From positions 736,001 to 800,000 of the forward strand of contig CAVYNY010000010.1 of assembly GCA_963769935.1 (NCBI GenBank): 64,000 nucleotides of DNA, read 5' to 3'. A program made the position numbers and the translations under genes. Below, piece by piece: positions 31,534 through 42,283 of this stretch (its first letter is position 1; each line of letters starts with the position of its first letter). The notes under the pieces were generated by a model, which was not told the DNA's origin, did no database searches, and was given only the letters and a program-made list of their open reading frames with translations. Origin of the DNA: an uncultured delta proteobacterium. Lineage in GTDB: Bacteria; Desulfobacterota; Desulfobacteria; Desulfobacterales; JAFDCJ01.

Positions 31534-31672
31534 GGTCGATCCTTTCATTTTTATTCATATTTGACCCTTGTTTTTCCCTTTCACAATTCGGAGAGGAATG
31601 GCCGTGAATTCTCGAACATAGATTGGACTTGCAATTCTCATTCGGTGTTTCTGCCGTAGGCCATTCCGGCCG

Positions 31673-32080
31673 TCACTTCACCGTTACTAGTATCGGAGTC
31701 CCTTTGGTCTTGACCAAGACGACCAGCATTTTGGCCGGCTTGGTCTTGCTTGCGTTCCGGTCCACGACATGAACATCGTTGGGCCCTTCGTAAAACGTCT
31801 GTCCCGGCGTAAGCGTCACTTCTTTTCCTCCTTTCAACTGCATTACAACGGATCCTTCCAGCACGTAGACAAACGCTTGCGCATCGTGCCGATGCACGGG
31901 AGCCTACATCCCCGGCGGATATTCCACGGTAATCATAACGACTTCCTTGTCCGGATTGTCTTTCAGAGCTTTCGACATGAGCGTCGCGACGTTAGGCTGC
32001 AGAGCCGCCACCGTGCTCGCCATGAGGCAAAGCAGAAGCAATGAGATCGTCGTCCTCTTTATCACTGATTTTTTATACAT
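31673..32080 (-). pseudogene. exported cupin domain protein, frameshifted
   Basis: ITVEYPPG then HRHDAQAFVYVLEG..GQTFYEGPNDVH in another frame. Confidence 0.85.
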
Positions 32081-32182
32081 TTTGCACCTCCGACTATAAG
32101 CTTGGGACCAAGGGCGGCCCGGGAGGACCAAGATCTGGCCGAAGGCACCGGCCGGCGGTCCCAACACCCACAGGCCACCGGT

Positions 32183-32277
32183 TCAGCCCTTGATGAAGGC
32201 CAGCAGGTCGCGGTCTCGATTGATCCTGATGCGTGGCCGTGAGACCGTGCGGCGCGCCCGGATAGTAGATTTCCTTG
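32183..32277 (-). pseudogene. C-terminal stub of a non-heme chloroperoxidase-type alpha/beta hydrolase
   Basis: Minus strand reads KEIYYPGAPHGLTATHQDQ / RDLLAFIKG*. Confidence 0.7.
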
Positions 32278-32657
32278 TTTTGTCTCCTTTTTCATGGGCC
32301 GGCCGTATTGCTTGGGCGCTTTTTGGGTCTAAGCATTTCACCCATTGTTTCCACTTGATGTCCGCCTATCAATGTTTGCCGGGTTTTTGTGACTGTTTCT
32401 AAATTTTATGGGAGGAAATACAACAGTATTCGCGAGGAATCGTTTGGCATGCTAATCATATTTATCTACGGGGCGGATATTGTATTTTCACACTTATACT
32501 CCTTGAGTTATCATCAGGTAATTGAAGTAGCTCGAGATTCAATTAGGTATAAACTAACCTGTTTCCTTTTTTTGCACCTAAGGTAATCCATTGCTAACTG
32601 TTGTCAAGAGAAACAAATAATATAATTATGTGAAATAAAAAATATTGTCTTAAATAG

Positions 32658-32686
32658 TTGACAGTTACACAAAATATCGGTATAGG
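32658..32686 (+). promoter_or_regulatory. sigma70-like promoter of the TetR gene; divergent TTGACA-N16-TACCTT on the minus strand at ~32579-32606
   Basis: TTGACA-N17-TATAGG. Confidence 0.45.
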
Positions 32687-32755
32687 TAAGGCATGTGATC
32701 CTTTGTGGCTAAAAATTTGAAAGTATACAGTTTTGTTTCTAAAATTAAGGGAAAT

Positions 32756-33321
32756 ATGGGCAAATTAACTCCCAGAGAGCATATAATCAACACTGCTATC
32801 GAGTTGTTTCGTGAGTATGGCTATCATGCCACGGGCGTTGATAGGATCATAGATGAGGCGGGTGTATCAAAAAAAACACTTTATACTCATTTTCGTTCGA
32901 AAGAAGAGCTTCTAATCGCAGCGCTTCGCCACTATGACGGAGTTTTCAGAAACAATTTCATGCGGAAGGTGGATCAATTAGCAAAGTCACCCCAAAAAAA
33001 GCTTCTCGCTATTTTCGATGTTGCGCAGGATTGGTTTTCGCAAAACAAATTTTTCGGCTGTATGTTTATCAATGTCATCGGTGAGTATTCCAAAAAAACT
33101 CGCCGATTAGGGATATTTGCAAGCAATTCAAACAGTTGATGTGGACTTATTTCAAGGAGCTTTGTGTGCAGGCCGGTGTTGAAGAACCGGATGTTCTCGC
33201 TGATAAGCTGGCATTGCTGTTTGAAGGGGCTGTTGTTACCTCGCAGGTATCCCAAAAACCGCAAGCCGCCAAAACAGCAAAACATATCGCCAAGTCATTG
33301 ATCGCACAGATACCGAAATAG
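32756..33321 (+). pseudogene. TetR/AcrR family regulator, frameshifted
   Basis: GYHATGVDRIIDEAGVSKKTLYTHFRSKEEL, GCMFIN; C-terminus (LADKLALLFEGA) in a second frame. Confidence 0.85.
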
Positions 33322-33707
33322 TTTACCTTTCAATTCACAAACTTTATTGAATCCTCAAGTTATAGACCATGTCAGAATATTAGCCCTATAGCATTGTATA
33401 TTGCATCTGCGAATCAAACAATTTGGGGTTTGGTTAAAAATAAAGGTGTCGTGCCCTATATTAAATCCGACCAATTATTCGATTCTATTGAATATTTCTA
33501 CACAAAATACACACAGCTTATGATCAATTGAAGTGTTATCTTGCTTATCGAATCTGTAAACCCAATTGCAGGGCAGGGCACCTTAAGACGTTAGGATTTA
33601 TGCATAGCGCATGGCGCGGCGATCGGGCAATCGTACAAATTACCCATCCTTCAACGCTTATCTCGCTGCTCTAAGGTCGAGGCGATCATGATCCCGAATT
33701 CCAGGTA

Positions 33708-36700
33708 TCATCCCAGACGGCGGTGCAATTCGCGTCCAGCCGACAGGCGATCTTTGCGGGGATACTTGAGATAGGGTATGATCACATCGTTTTTGCTGCC
33801 GGCGGTGCCGTCGTAGGTGATGGAGACAACGGGGACGCCGGTTTGGCGCTCGATTTCAGCGGCCATGGCCTCGGTAATCAAAGCCGCACAGCAGAAGGCC
33901 GGGCTGGCCTGCACGAACAGGGCAACCTCCGGATGAAGTTTTTTGGTATAGTGAATTTTTAAAATATTATCCATCGATTCACCGGTGTGTTCCAGGCGCA
34001 AATTGTACCGGGCCAGGATCTCTCGGGCCGGTTCATCATATTCCGGCTCCGGTTCCTTTAAAATGCGCTGAAAATAGCTGTAGTAAATTTTTTCCTTCAT
34101 TTTTAAGGTGGCCATCAGGGCCTGGGAAGAAAGCGCACTTAAATAATGCCCCTCGATCAGCCATTTTCTAAGATAGGGCCCTGAAATCATCTTCAGGTAT
34201 TCGCTGTAAGGCGTCGTGAGGACCTCCCCGCCGTTGCCCTCGATGAAGTGAATCAGATCCTGGTTGATCACGTGATTGTCCCGGGCGTAAAGATCGCCGA
34301 AGACGGCCACCTTCGGTCTCGGCGGCTGTCCGGTGCGATCGATCGTTTCAATCCCCGCAAGCTTGGATGCCACCTCGGCCACCGCCTGCTCCTTGGTACG
34401 ATTTCCGAGAAAGGCCTCCCGCAAAATATCGACGGCGCCGGCGATCACACGGTCGGTTTCACCTTTGTGGCGTTCATAGGGCCTGATTTTGCACCCGATT
34501 TTGCGGAGCAGGCCGCCGAACATGTAGACGAAATAATTGTTGACGGGCAGGGTGACGGATATATCGACCATCGACAGCTCCCCCAAATAGACATCCGCCC
34601 GTTCCATACCGTTGCCGTAGGAATTCAGAATGCTTTTGATATGGTGGGGATACAGCTTGAGGTTGCAGGCGATTTCTCCGGCCGGCATCCACAAGGCGGT
34701 GCGGGCCGGATCCAGCCCGTGGTCCTGCACGTAGTCGATAAATTCCTGGGCAATAATGTTCAGGGGAATACACTGGCCGCTGTTGAAGCGCATGCTGCGC
34801 CGGATGCCGGGGGGCGTCTCTTCCAGGCAGCGCGCATCGAGTCCCGCCCGGTTGAGATTGGCCGCCAGCAGGTTGAGGGTGATCGGATCCCAATTGGGCA
34901 GAATCATGGTTTTATTCAATAATTTTTTAGACTTATAGGAAACCAGCGGCGTCATGGCAGCGGCGGATGCGACGGCCGGCCGGGTTGCATGATGATTGCG
35001 AAAGGCCCGGACAGCCGACTCGATCCGGGTCTCGTAACCGCCCGCGGAATCGTGGTCATCGAGCTGCAATATCAAGTACGGTTTGTCATGGGACGCCATA
35101 ATTTGTTTGAAATAATCGATGGCAAACGAATCCGGCGAGCACTTGAAGGCGGTCATCAGAATGGGATAGGCCCCGGGTGATTTGGCGACAACCTCGGCCG
35201 CCTCCAGAATCTTGGCGGCATAGTGCCAATGAAGTTCATTGAGCAGGGGCGCAATCGACGCCACATCCTGCTTGGAATAGGAGAGCATGTCTTGAAAGAA
35301 GGTTTTGATGCCCAGGCCCGCCAGGATACCGGGGATACCTTTGTGCAGGGCGCCGGAAAGCACGGTATAAGGGCGACCCAGCAGCACTGCGTGCAGATCA
35401 TCGGCGCGGTCGGTGTGCTGCCGGTAGGCAGCCTGCCACCGGGACCGGCAGGAATCCATGAACTCCCGGGCCCGGTCATAGGCGGCGGCAACTTCAAAAT
35501 AGCTGAGGCGCCTGGCACACAGTCCTTTCAGCATCCGGAACAGCTGAGCCTTGGTGTGAAAACTGCTGTAAAGGTAGTGCACCACCGGCGAAAGAAATTT
35601 TTTGCCGGTCCCGTCTCCGCCGGTCAGGGAGGTCAGGCTGGGTGCAAACTGGGTATAATAGCAGAATTGCCGCCGCGGCCCCCTTTCCCGCCCTTTTTTA
35701 TCAAGGTAAAACGGTAAAAAGATATAATCGGCGCGCTGCAGCAGGGCCTGCACATGGCCGTGCAGGTCGGTCATGGGGGCACAAAATTCGGCGCCGGCGA
35801 TGCGCTTGCCGTCTTTGAGGCTGTCCCGGCACCCTTCACTGGTTACGGTTTTAATGCCCAGCATATTAAAAAAGTATTGCCACAACGGCACATCTTCCAG
35901 CAGATGCAGGGCGGCCGGCAGGCCGATGGTAAATTCTTCTTTAATTTCAGCGCCGGCGTTGCAGGCAAACACTCGGCGGCGCTCCTTGAGAAGATCAAAA
36001 CCGGTGCGGTTGTTGTTCACATAGTGTCTGATATCGTAATCCCGGCCGCACAGAAATCCATAGGCCACCTGTTCGCTGCCGATTTCGGCCACCGTCAGTT
36101 TGCAGTGGTTGGTGCATAGATCACAGGTTTCAGAGCGCAGCGGGATCTGTTTCTTGTAAAGGTCCAGACCCCTGAACCGGGTGGCAGGGACGCCCTGGTC
36201 GCTCAGCATCAAGGCGCTGCCCAGGGCGCCGGTCAAATGACAATAGCGGGATACCCTGATGGGCCGGCCGAGTCTTTTTTCAAAGGCCGCTGCCAGGGCC
36301 TTGTTTTTAGCCGTCGCCCCCTGAAAGGAGATGACGCGGCCGATGTTTTTTTCAACCGCCACCTTGGTCAGATAGTTCTCACACACGGAGTGCAGCACCG
36401 CGGCCAGCATGTCATCCACCGGGTAGCCCTCATTGAGATAATGATTGAGATCTCTTTCCATAAACACGGTACAGCGATCGCTGGCCATGGGGGATCGGCG
36501 ATGCGCCGCCCGCGCTGCATACTCGGACAGCGGGCAGCCGAGTTTCTGGGCCTGCTCCTCGATGAAACTTCCCGTGCCGGCGGCACAGACATTGTTCATG
36601 ACCGAAAAGGTAACGCGGCCGTTTTGCAGGGTCGTGAATTTGGCGTCCTGCCCGCCGATCTCGATAATCGTGTCCACCTGCGGATCGATTTCAACGGCGG

Positions 36701-37958
36701 CCCGGGCATGGGTCGTGATTTCATCGACGGCCATATCGGCACCGATAATTTTGCCGATAAATTTGCGGCCGGCCCCGGTGCTTCCCGCCCCGGCAATACT
36801 TAAATCGATGCCGGTCTTTAGCATCATGTCGCGGACGGCGCCGAAGATCGCCTGCACCGCCGCCACCGGTTTGCCGGCGGTACGGGTGTAAAAGCCGGCC
36901 AGGACGGTTTTGGCTTTATCCAGCAGGACGGCCTTGGTGCTGGTGGAACCCACATCGATACCCAGATAGGCGGCAACCGGCCGGCCGGGCTGCAGGTCGA
37001 CATAGGTATCGACTTCCACCGGTCCGGTATTCTTCGATTCCGCAGCGCTGAATTCATAGGATTCAAGACCTTCAAAATCCGGGTAATCGGAAAGGTTTAA
37101 TTCCAGCGGTTCATGAACATATTGCAGGCGGGTATGTCCGGCGATCAGAACATCCTCCGGCGACTGAAGCCCGGGGCCAGCCGGCAGACGCTCCTCATCG
37201 GCCAGGCTCAAGGCGGCCCCGACGGCCGCGTACAGCAGCGTTTCATCGCAGATTATCTCTTGGCCGGTCAGCGCGCGCAGGTGTTTGACGACGGCCCGGT
37301 TTAAGGAGACACCGCCGGTAAAGATAATGGGGCCGTGAACGTCAGCGGCGCTGAACAGGGTATCGACAATGTTGCGTGCCAGGCCGAGGCACAACCCGTC
37401 GCAGATTGCCGACAGGGTGCAGCCTTCCTGCTGGGCATGGGCCAGATCGGTTTTGGCGAACACGGCGCAGCGGGATGCAATCCGGGGCACATCCCCCCGA
37501 TTGCTCAAAGCGATGCGGCTGAGTTCGGACGCACCGCTCAAATTCAACCTGCGGGCCTGCTGATCCAGAAAGCTGCCGGTGCCCGCGGCGCAGCCGGTGT
37601 TGGATTTATAGCCCAGATAATTGCCGTGTTCGTCCAGGCGGATCAGGCCGAATTTTTCACCTCCCACCAACAGGATGCAGCCGGCCTTGGCATGAAACCG
37701 GCGCACCGCCTTCATCACCGCGACTCGGCTGTCGAAGCGCTGCGTCACTTTTACAATGGCCGGGGTCGATTCGGTCGCGGCAACAGCACCGATGCCGGTC
37801 AGATCGAATTTGCCAAGAATTTCGGCCAGCTTGGGCGCCGTATTGCCGTGGTGAAATTCATAGGCGCTTTGCACGATTTGTTGCTGGGGATTTACGACGG
37901 CCGCCGCAATGGTCACCGAACCGATATCGATGCCGAGGATATTGGGATAAGAAGACAT
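33708..37958 (-). CDS. large acyl-CoA dehydratase activase-like protein (two BadF/BadG/BcrA/BcrD domains plus DUF2229-like dehydratase-related regions)
   Basis: GIDIGSVT / GIDVGSTSTK, two CAAGTGSF, SRCAVFAKTD / DRCTVF, IEIGGQD, FKCSPD, LQLDDH. Confidence 0.92.
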   Translation of the reverse strand: MSSYPNILGIDIGSVTIAAAVVNPQQQIVQSAYEFHHGNTAPKLAEILGKFDLTGIGAVAATESTPAIVKVTQRFDSRVAVMKAVRRFHAKAGCILLVGGEKFGLIRLDEHGNYLGYKSNTGCAAGTGSFLDQQARRLNLSGASELSRIALSNRGDVPRIASRCAVFAKTDLAHAQQEGCTLSAICDGLCLGLARNIVDTLFSAADVHGPIIFTGGVSLNRAVVKHLRALTGQEIICDETLLYAAVGAALSLADEERLPAGPGLQSPEDVLIAGHTRLQYVHEPLELNLSDYPDFEGLESYEFSAAESKNTGPVEVDTYVDLQPGRPVAAYLGIDVGSTSTKAVLLDKAKTVLAGFYTRTAGKPVAAVQAIFGAVRDMMLKTGIDLSIAGAGSTGAGRKFIGKIIGADMAVDEITTHARAAVEIDPQVDTIIEIGGQDAKFTTLQNGRVTFSVMNNVCAAGTGSFIEEQAQKLGCPLSEYAARAAHRRSPMASDRCTVFMERDLNHYLNEGYPVDDMLAAVLHSVCENYLTKVAVEKNIGRVISFQGATAKNKALAAAFEKRLGRPIRVSRYCHLTGALGSALMLSDQGVPATRFRGLDLYKKQIPLRSETCDLCTNHCKLTVAEIGSEQVAYGFLCGRDYDIRHYVNNNRTGFDLLKERRRVFACNAGAEIKEEFTIGLPAALHLLEDVPLWQYFFNMLGIKTVTSEGCRDSLKDGKRIAGAEFCAPMTDLHGHVQALLQRADYIFLPFYLDKKGRERGPRRQFCYYTQFAPSLTSLTGGDGTGKKFLSPVVHYLYSSFHTKAQLFRMLKGLCARRLSYFEVAAAYDRAREFMDSCRSRWQAAYRQHTDRADDLHAVLLGRPYTVLSGALHKGIPGILAGLGIKTFFQDMLSYSKQDVASIAPLLNELHWHYAAKILEAAEVVAKSPGAYPILMTAFKCSPDSFAIDYFKQIMASHDKPYLILQLDDHDSAGGYETRIESAVRAFRNHHATRPAVASAAAMTPLVSYKSKKLLNKTMILPNWDPITLNLLAANLNRAGLDARCLEETPPGIRRSMRFNSGQCIPLNIIAQEFIDYVQDHGLDPARTALWMPAGEIACNLKLYPHHIKSILNSYGNGMERADVYLGELSMVDISVTLPVNNYFVYMFGGLLRKIGCKIRPYERHKGETDRVIAGAVDILREAFLGNRTKEQAVAEVASKLAGIETIDRTGQPPRPKVAVFGDLYARDNHVINQDLIHFIEGNGGEVLTTPYSEYLKMISGPYLRKWLIEGHYLSALSSQALMATLKMKEKIYYSYFQRILKEPEPEYDEPAREILARYNLRLEHTGESMDNILKIHYTKKLHPEVALFVQASPAFCCAALITEAMAAEIERQTGVPVVSITYDGTAGSKNDVIIPYLKYPRKDRLSAGRELHRRLG

Positions 37959-38182
37959 GGTCAATCTCCTAAAATTTTCAAGTTTATGGCGACTATAAAA
38001 CTTTAGGAAAGCACAGAGAATAGAATCAATTCGCTTTACTTATTCAACCAGTCCGTTGCCCGTTATGTATGACAAAAAAAGAAAGGCGTGTCAAGCTTAA
38101 GGTTTAGCCGTTTCATGGAACAATCAAAGCAGTATCCACCCGTCTTAGATACAGTAAGTTTTCTGCTCCAAATGCCGTTCTA

Positions 38183-38336
38183 AAATTCCAAATCTCAATA
38201 CTCAAATTAAAAATACTATTAAAATTCAAAATCTCAATTTCCAAAATGTTCCCGGTGCCTACGCAACCCATCAACTTATCAGCCAATCAACCTAATAAAC
38301 TCAACAAACTCAATAAACTCAATGAACTAATCAACT
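38183..38336. repeat. AAATCTC-type heptamers and AACTCAAT(A)-type 8/9-mers
   Basis: AAATTCCAAATCTCAATACTCAAA; AATAAACTCAACAAACTCAATAAACTCAATGAAC. Confidence 0.75.
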
Positions 38337-41162
38337 TCATCCCTTCGCCCGGGTGCAGCGATCCACCAGGTACAGAATGGATTTGTAGTCAAGGCCGCTG
38401 TGGGTGGCCAGGCCGATTTCGCAGGTGCGGCTGGTGGAGTAGCCCTCCCTGACCTCGGGCGTCAGCTGCTGTTTCAGATGCCGCAGGCCGAAGGCGTTCA
38501 GCTCGGGTACGTTGAACCCCCGGTCGCCGGCAAAGCCGCAGCAGATCACATCCGGTGCGACCACCTTTTCCGCGCACATTGCAGCCAGGCGCAGGAAGTC
38601 GGCCTCCAGTCCCATTTTCTTGGCGCTGCAAACCGTGTGAATGGCGACGGTCTCCGGAACCTTTTTAAATTCGAGGCGCCGGGTCAGATATTTGAGCGTG
38701 AATTCGATGGGTTCAAACAGCTGCAGGCGGGCATCCAGAGTTTCTTTCATGTGGTACAGGCAGGGGCTCATGTCGCATAAAATCGGGATGCGCCCGTTGT
38801 CCGAGGCGCTCAGCAGGGCATCGCCCAGCTCCCGGGCCTTTTCGCCGGCGGTCTCGGCAAATCCCTTGCTGGCAAAAGGCATGCCGCAGCACAGCGTGTC
38901 CATGCGGTCCGGGTAGATGATGCCGTAGCCGGCTTTCAGAAGCAGCGATTCGGTCTTGCGATTCAACGACTCTTCACGCGTGCGTCCGGCCGGCCCCATA
39001 CCGCGGTTGATGCAGGCCGGGAAATAGACGACTTGATCCGTCGCGCCCGATCCGACGCTGCGCAGGGCAATGGCCTCCGCGCCTTTGGGCATGGCCGGGG
39101 TCCACAACGGAATCCGGTTGCCGGACAGGCTGCGCAGCCCGGCGGTGAGGGTTTTCATCAGTCCGGTGCCCAGCATATAGTGAAAAATGTTGAGCAAATT
39201 CAGCCCCCAGCGGCTTAAGGCTGCAACCGTATCCATCCGTTTGGCAACCTGGGCGCCGATTTGCCGCGCAGCCGGCGTCAATTGATCATGGCGCAGGGCT
39301 TTGATGAGTTTGCCGGTGTCGATCTCAACCGGACAGGTCAGGGCACACAGACCGTCGGTGGCGCAGGTCTGGTCTCCGTACCAGATATATTCCTTTCTGA
39401 GCTCCGCCAGGCGTGCGGGATCTTCTCCCGTAGCGGCCAGACGGGTCATCTCCCGGTAAATGACGATGCGCTGGCGGGCGGACAGCGTAAAATCATGGGA
39501 CATGCAGCTGCGCTCGCAGAAGCCGCACTCGGTGCAGGTGTCCACCAGATCGTTGGCAGGCGGCATGGGCTTGATATTTTTGGCATGCGCCTCGGGGTCG
39601 TCGTTGATAATAACGCCGGGGTTGAGCATACGGCCGGGATCAAAAATCGCCTTGATCTCCTGCATGGCCCCGTAGATCCGATCGCCCCATTCCCGCCGTA
39701 CAAAGGGCGCCATGTTGCGGCCGGTCCCATGCTCGGCTTTCAACGAGCCGTCGTATTTGTCCACGACCATGGCAGCGAGCGCTTCCATAAACGCCTTGTA
39801 TTTATCTATCTGCGCAGATTCCGCCATATCCGGCGTGAGCACGAAGTGCACGTTGCCGTCGAATACATGTCCCCAGATGATGGTATCTTCGTAGGCAAAC
39901 TTTGCGAAGAGCCCCTGCAGGTCGAGCAGGCAGTCGCGCAGATTCTCGATGGGTACGGCAATGTCTTCGATGATGACCGTGGTCCCTTTCCGGCGGGCAA
40001 TGCACACCGACGGAAACAACCCTTGGCGGATGTTCCAAAGATCCGCCTGCTTGTCCGGACTGGTCGAAAATTCAAATTCGCGCGCCATGGGAAAGCCGGC
40101 AAAGCCGGCCTTGATTTCAGCCACCTGCTGCTGCAGGACGGCCGGGTCATCGGCCGCGGTTTCAACCAGCAGGGCCGTCACCGACTCCCCCAGTTCTTTT
40201 ATGTAGGACGGCATGCCGGGTTTGTCTTCCACGGATCGCAGGGACACCCGGTCCATCAGCTCGGCGGCGCTCACCCGGCACTCCTTTAGCACCAGAACGG
40301 CCTCGCAGGCTTTGGCAATGTCGGGAAAGAGCATCAGCCCGGTCGCTTTCATAGCCGGTTCGTCGAGCGTGCGAAATGTGACCTCCGCAATAAAGCCGAG
40401 GGTCCCTTCCGATCCGATTATCAAATGCTGGATGATCTCGATGGGATCGTCAAAATTAACCAGAGCGCTGATACTGTACCCGGTAGTGTTTTTGATCCGG
40501 TATTTGCGCCGGATGCGGGCCACCGTCTCAGGCTCGCTTTTCAGCGATCGGGAAAGGTTCAGGATCCGATCGACCATATCTTTCTTATGCCGCAGAAACG
40601 CAGCGCGGCTTTCCGGATCCCGCGTGTCCAGCACCGTACCGTCGCAGAAAACAATCCGCATGCCGCAAACCGTACCCATGCTGTTGCCGGTAATACCGCT
40701 GGCCATGCCGCAGGAGTTGTTGGAGACGATGCCGCCGATTTTAGCGGAGTTTATCGAGGCCGGGTCCGGCCCGATTTTTTTGCGGTAGGGTGCCAGGCAG
40801 CGGTTGGCCTCCGCACCCAGCATACCCACTCCCAGGGTAATTTCGTTCCGGTCGGGGCTGATGTGGTAATCACGCCAGCCTTCGGGTCCCAGCATCATCA
40901 GGACCGAATCGCTCGCGGCCTGACCCGAGAGGCTGGTGCCGGCCGCCCGAAATGTAACGCCCGTGTCATGCGCCCGGCAGGTCTCCAGAACCGCCAGAAC
41001 TTCTGTTTCATTCTCGACTTTGACGATCAGCCGGGGGACCATGCGATAGAAGCTGGCATCGGTGCCGTAGGCCAGGGTTCGCAGGGGATCGGTGATCAGC
41101 CGGGCGAGTGGAATTTTGGCGCTCAGACGATTAAAGATCGATTGATAAGGTTCGGCAAGCAT
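38337..41162 (-). CDS. FAD- and Fe-S-binding oxidoreductase, Fe-S D-lactate dehydrogenase type
   Basis: YGTDASFYR, FRAAGTSLSGQ, GSEGTLG, LKAEHGTGRNMAPF, CTECGFCE..C, CCG domains. Confidence 0.9.
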   Translation of the reverse strand: MLAEPYQSIFNRLSAKIPLARLITDPLRTLAYGTDASFYRMVPRLIVKVENETEVLAVLETCRAHDTGVTFRAAGTSLSGQAASDSVLMMLGPEGWRDYHISPDRNEITLGVGMLGAEANRCLAPYRKKIGPDPASINSAKIGGIVSNNSCGMASGITGNSMGTVCGMRIVFCDGTVLDTRDPESRAAFLRHKKDMVDRILNLSRSLKSEPETVARIRRKYRIKNTTGYSISALVNFDDPIEIIQHLIIGSEGTLGFIAEVTFRTLDEPAMKATGLMLFPDIAKACEAVLVLKECRVSAAELMDRVSLRSVEDKPGMPSYIKELGESVTALLVETAADDPAVLQQQVAEIKAGFAGFPMAREFEFSTSPDKQADLWNIRQGLFPSVCIARRKGTTVIIEDIAVPIENLRDCLLDLQGLFAKFAYEDTIIWGHVFDGNVHFVLTPDMAESAQIDKYKAFMEALAAMVVDKYDGSLKAEHGTGRNMAPFVRREWGDRIYGAMQEIKAIFDPGRMLNPGVIINDDPEAHAKNIKPMPPANDLVDTCTECGFCERSCMSHDFTLSARQRIVIYREMTRLAATGEDPARLAELRKEYIWYGDQTCATDGLCALTCPVEIDTGKLIKALRHDQLTPAARQIGAQVAKRMDTVAALSRWGLNLLNIFHYMLGTGLMKTLTAGLRSLSGNRIPLWTPAMPKGAEAIALRSVGSGATDQVVYFPACINRGMGPAGRTREESLNRKTESLLLKAGYGIIYPDRMDTLCCGMPFASKGFAETAGEKARELGDALLSASDNGRIPILCDMSPCLYHMKETLDARLQLFEPIEFTLKYLTRRLEFKKVPETVAIHTVCSAKKMGLEADFLRLAAMCAEKVVAPDVICCGFAGDRGFNVPELNAFGLRHLKQQLTPEVREGYSTSRTCEIGLATHSGLDYKSILYLVDRCTRAKG

Positions 41163-41408
41163 TGTTATCTCCTGTTATTCGAGCAATGGCGAAAGTTGAG
41201 TACTATATCAGATAAAATATTTAAGGACAACCACGGATGGGGCAAGCCGGAGTGACGGCGGCGTGCATAATTATTTAACGCTTGTAAACCTTGCCGGCCC
41301 TATGATAGCCATTAAAAGGCCGTAAAAGGAAACTGGAAAAATCAAGCTTCAAATACCGACTCCCAAACAATTACGAATAGCCAAAATTCACAAGGTGAGG
41401 TTGTAAAG

Positions 41409-42212
41409 ATGACGATCAAAGTGTGTTTGGCCGGCGCAACCGGCTGGGCCGGCTCGGCACTTGCAAAAGCAATTCATGCGGCCGCTGATATGGAACTGGT
41501 GGGTGGCGTGTCCCGAACCCACGCGGGCAGGCAGCTGGCAGAGGCCATCAATTGCCCTGGAATTTCCCTTACCCTCAGCGGCACGGCCGCCGAAGCCCTA
41601 AAGGCGAATTGTGACGTTTTTGTCGAATTCACCAAACCCGACATCGCCCTGAATAACATCCTGCTGGCGCTGGAAGCCGGCGCGCATGTGGTGGTGGGGA
41701 CTTCCGGCTTGACGGACGACGACTTCCGCCGGATCGAGGAGGCAGCGGCCGCAAAGGGGCGCGGTGTGCTGGCCGCCGGCAATTTCGCCCTGACGGCTGT
41801 TTTGCTGCAAAAATTTGCGGTGATGGCCGCCAAATATATTCCGCACTGCGAAATAATCGATTATGCCCACGCCGACAAAGTCGACGTGCCGAGCGGAACC
41901 GTGCGGGAACTGGCCCACCGTTTGGGCCGGATTCGCAAATCGGCGCTGGACATCCCCTTGGAAGGTGTCCAGGGACCCCGCGAGACCCGCGGTGCACGCC
42001 TCGACGGCACCCAGGTTCACGCCGTGCGTCTTCCGGGATATGTTATCGCCGCGGAAGTCATATTCGGGATGCCGGACCAGAAACTGATCCTGCGCCATGA
42101 AGCCGGGGCCGGGGCCGAACCCTACGTCGACGGCGCCCTGCTGGCGATCAGAAAAGTCGGCACGTTCACCGGACTGCGGCGCGGGTTGGATGCGGTGATG
42201 GATTTAGGCTAA
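41409..42212 (+). CDS. dapB: 4-hydroxy-tetrahydrodipicolinate reductase
   Basis: GATGWAG, VVGTSG, GNFA, HADKVDVPSGT, HAVRLPG. Confidence 0.9.
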   Translation: MTIKVCLAGATGWAGSALAKAIHAAADMELVGGVSRTHAGRQLAEAINCPGISLTLSGTAAEALKANCDVFVEFTKPDIALNNILLALEAGAHVVVGTSGLTDDDFRRIEEAAAAKGRGVLAAGNFALTAVLLQKFAVMAAKYIPHCEIIDYAHADKVDVPSGTVRELAHRLGRIRKSALDIPLEGVQGPRETRGARLDGTQVHAVRLPGYVIAAEVIFGMPDQKLILRHEAGAGAEPYVDGALLAIRKVGTFTGLRRGLDAVMDLG

Positions 42213-42283
42213 AGCTTTCAACCAAAGGTGCCGAAATCGGAGAAAAACGGTCTATGTTAGGCCTGCACGAATGGAAGGAAAGC

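Larger units (their letters stand above)
24602..33689. other. mosaic, mostly AT-rich genomic island with pervasive gene disruption
   Basis: Visible compositional shift; all recognisable genes are split; no integrase or transposase inside. Confidence 0.7.
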
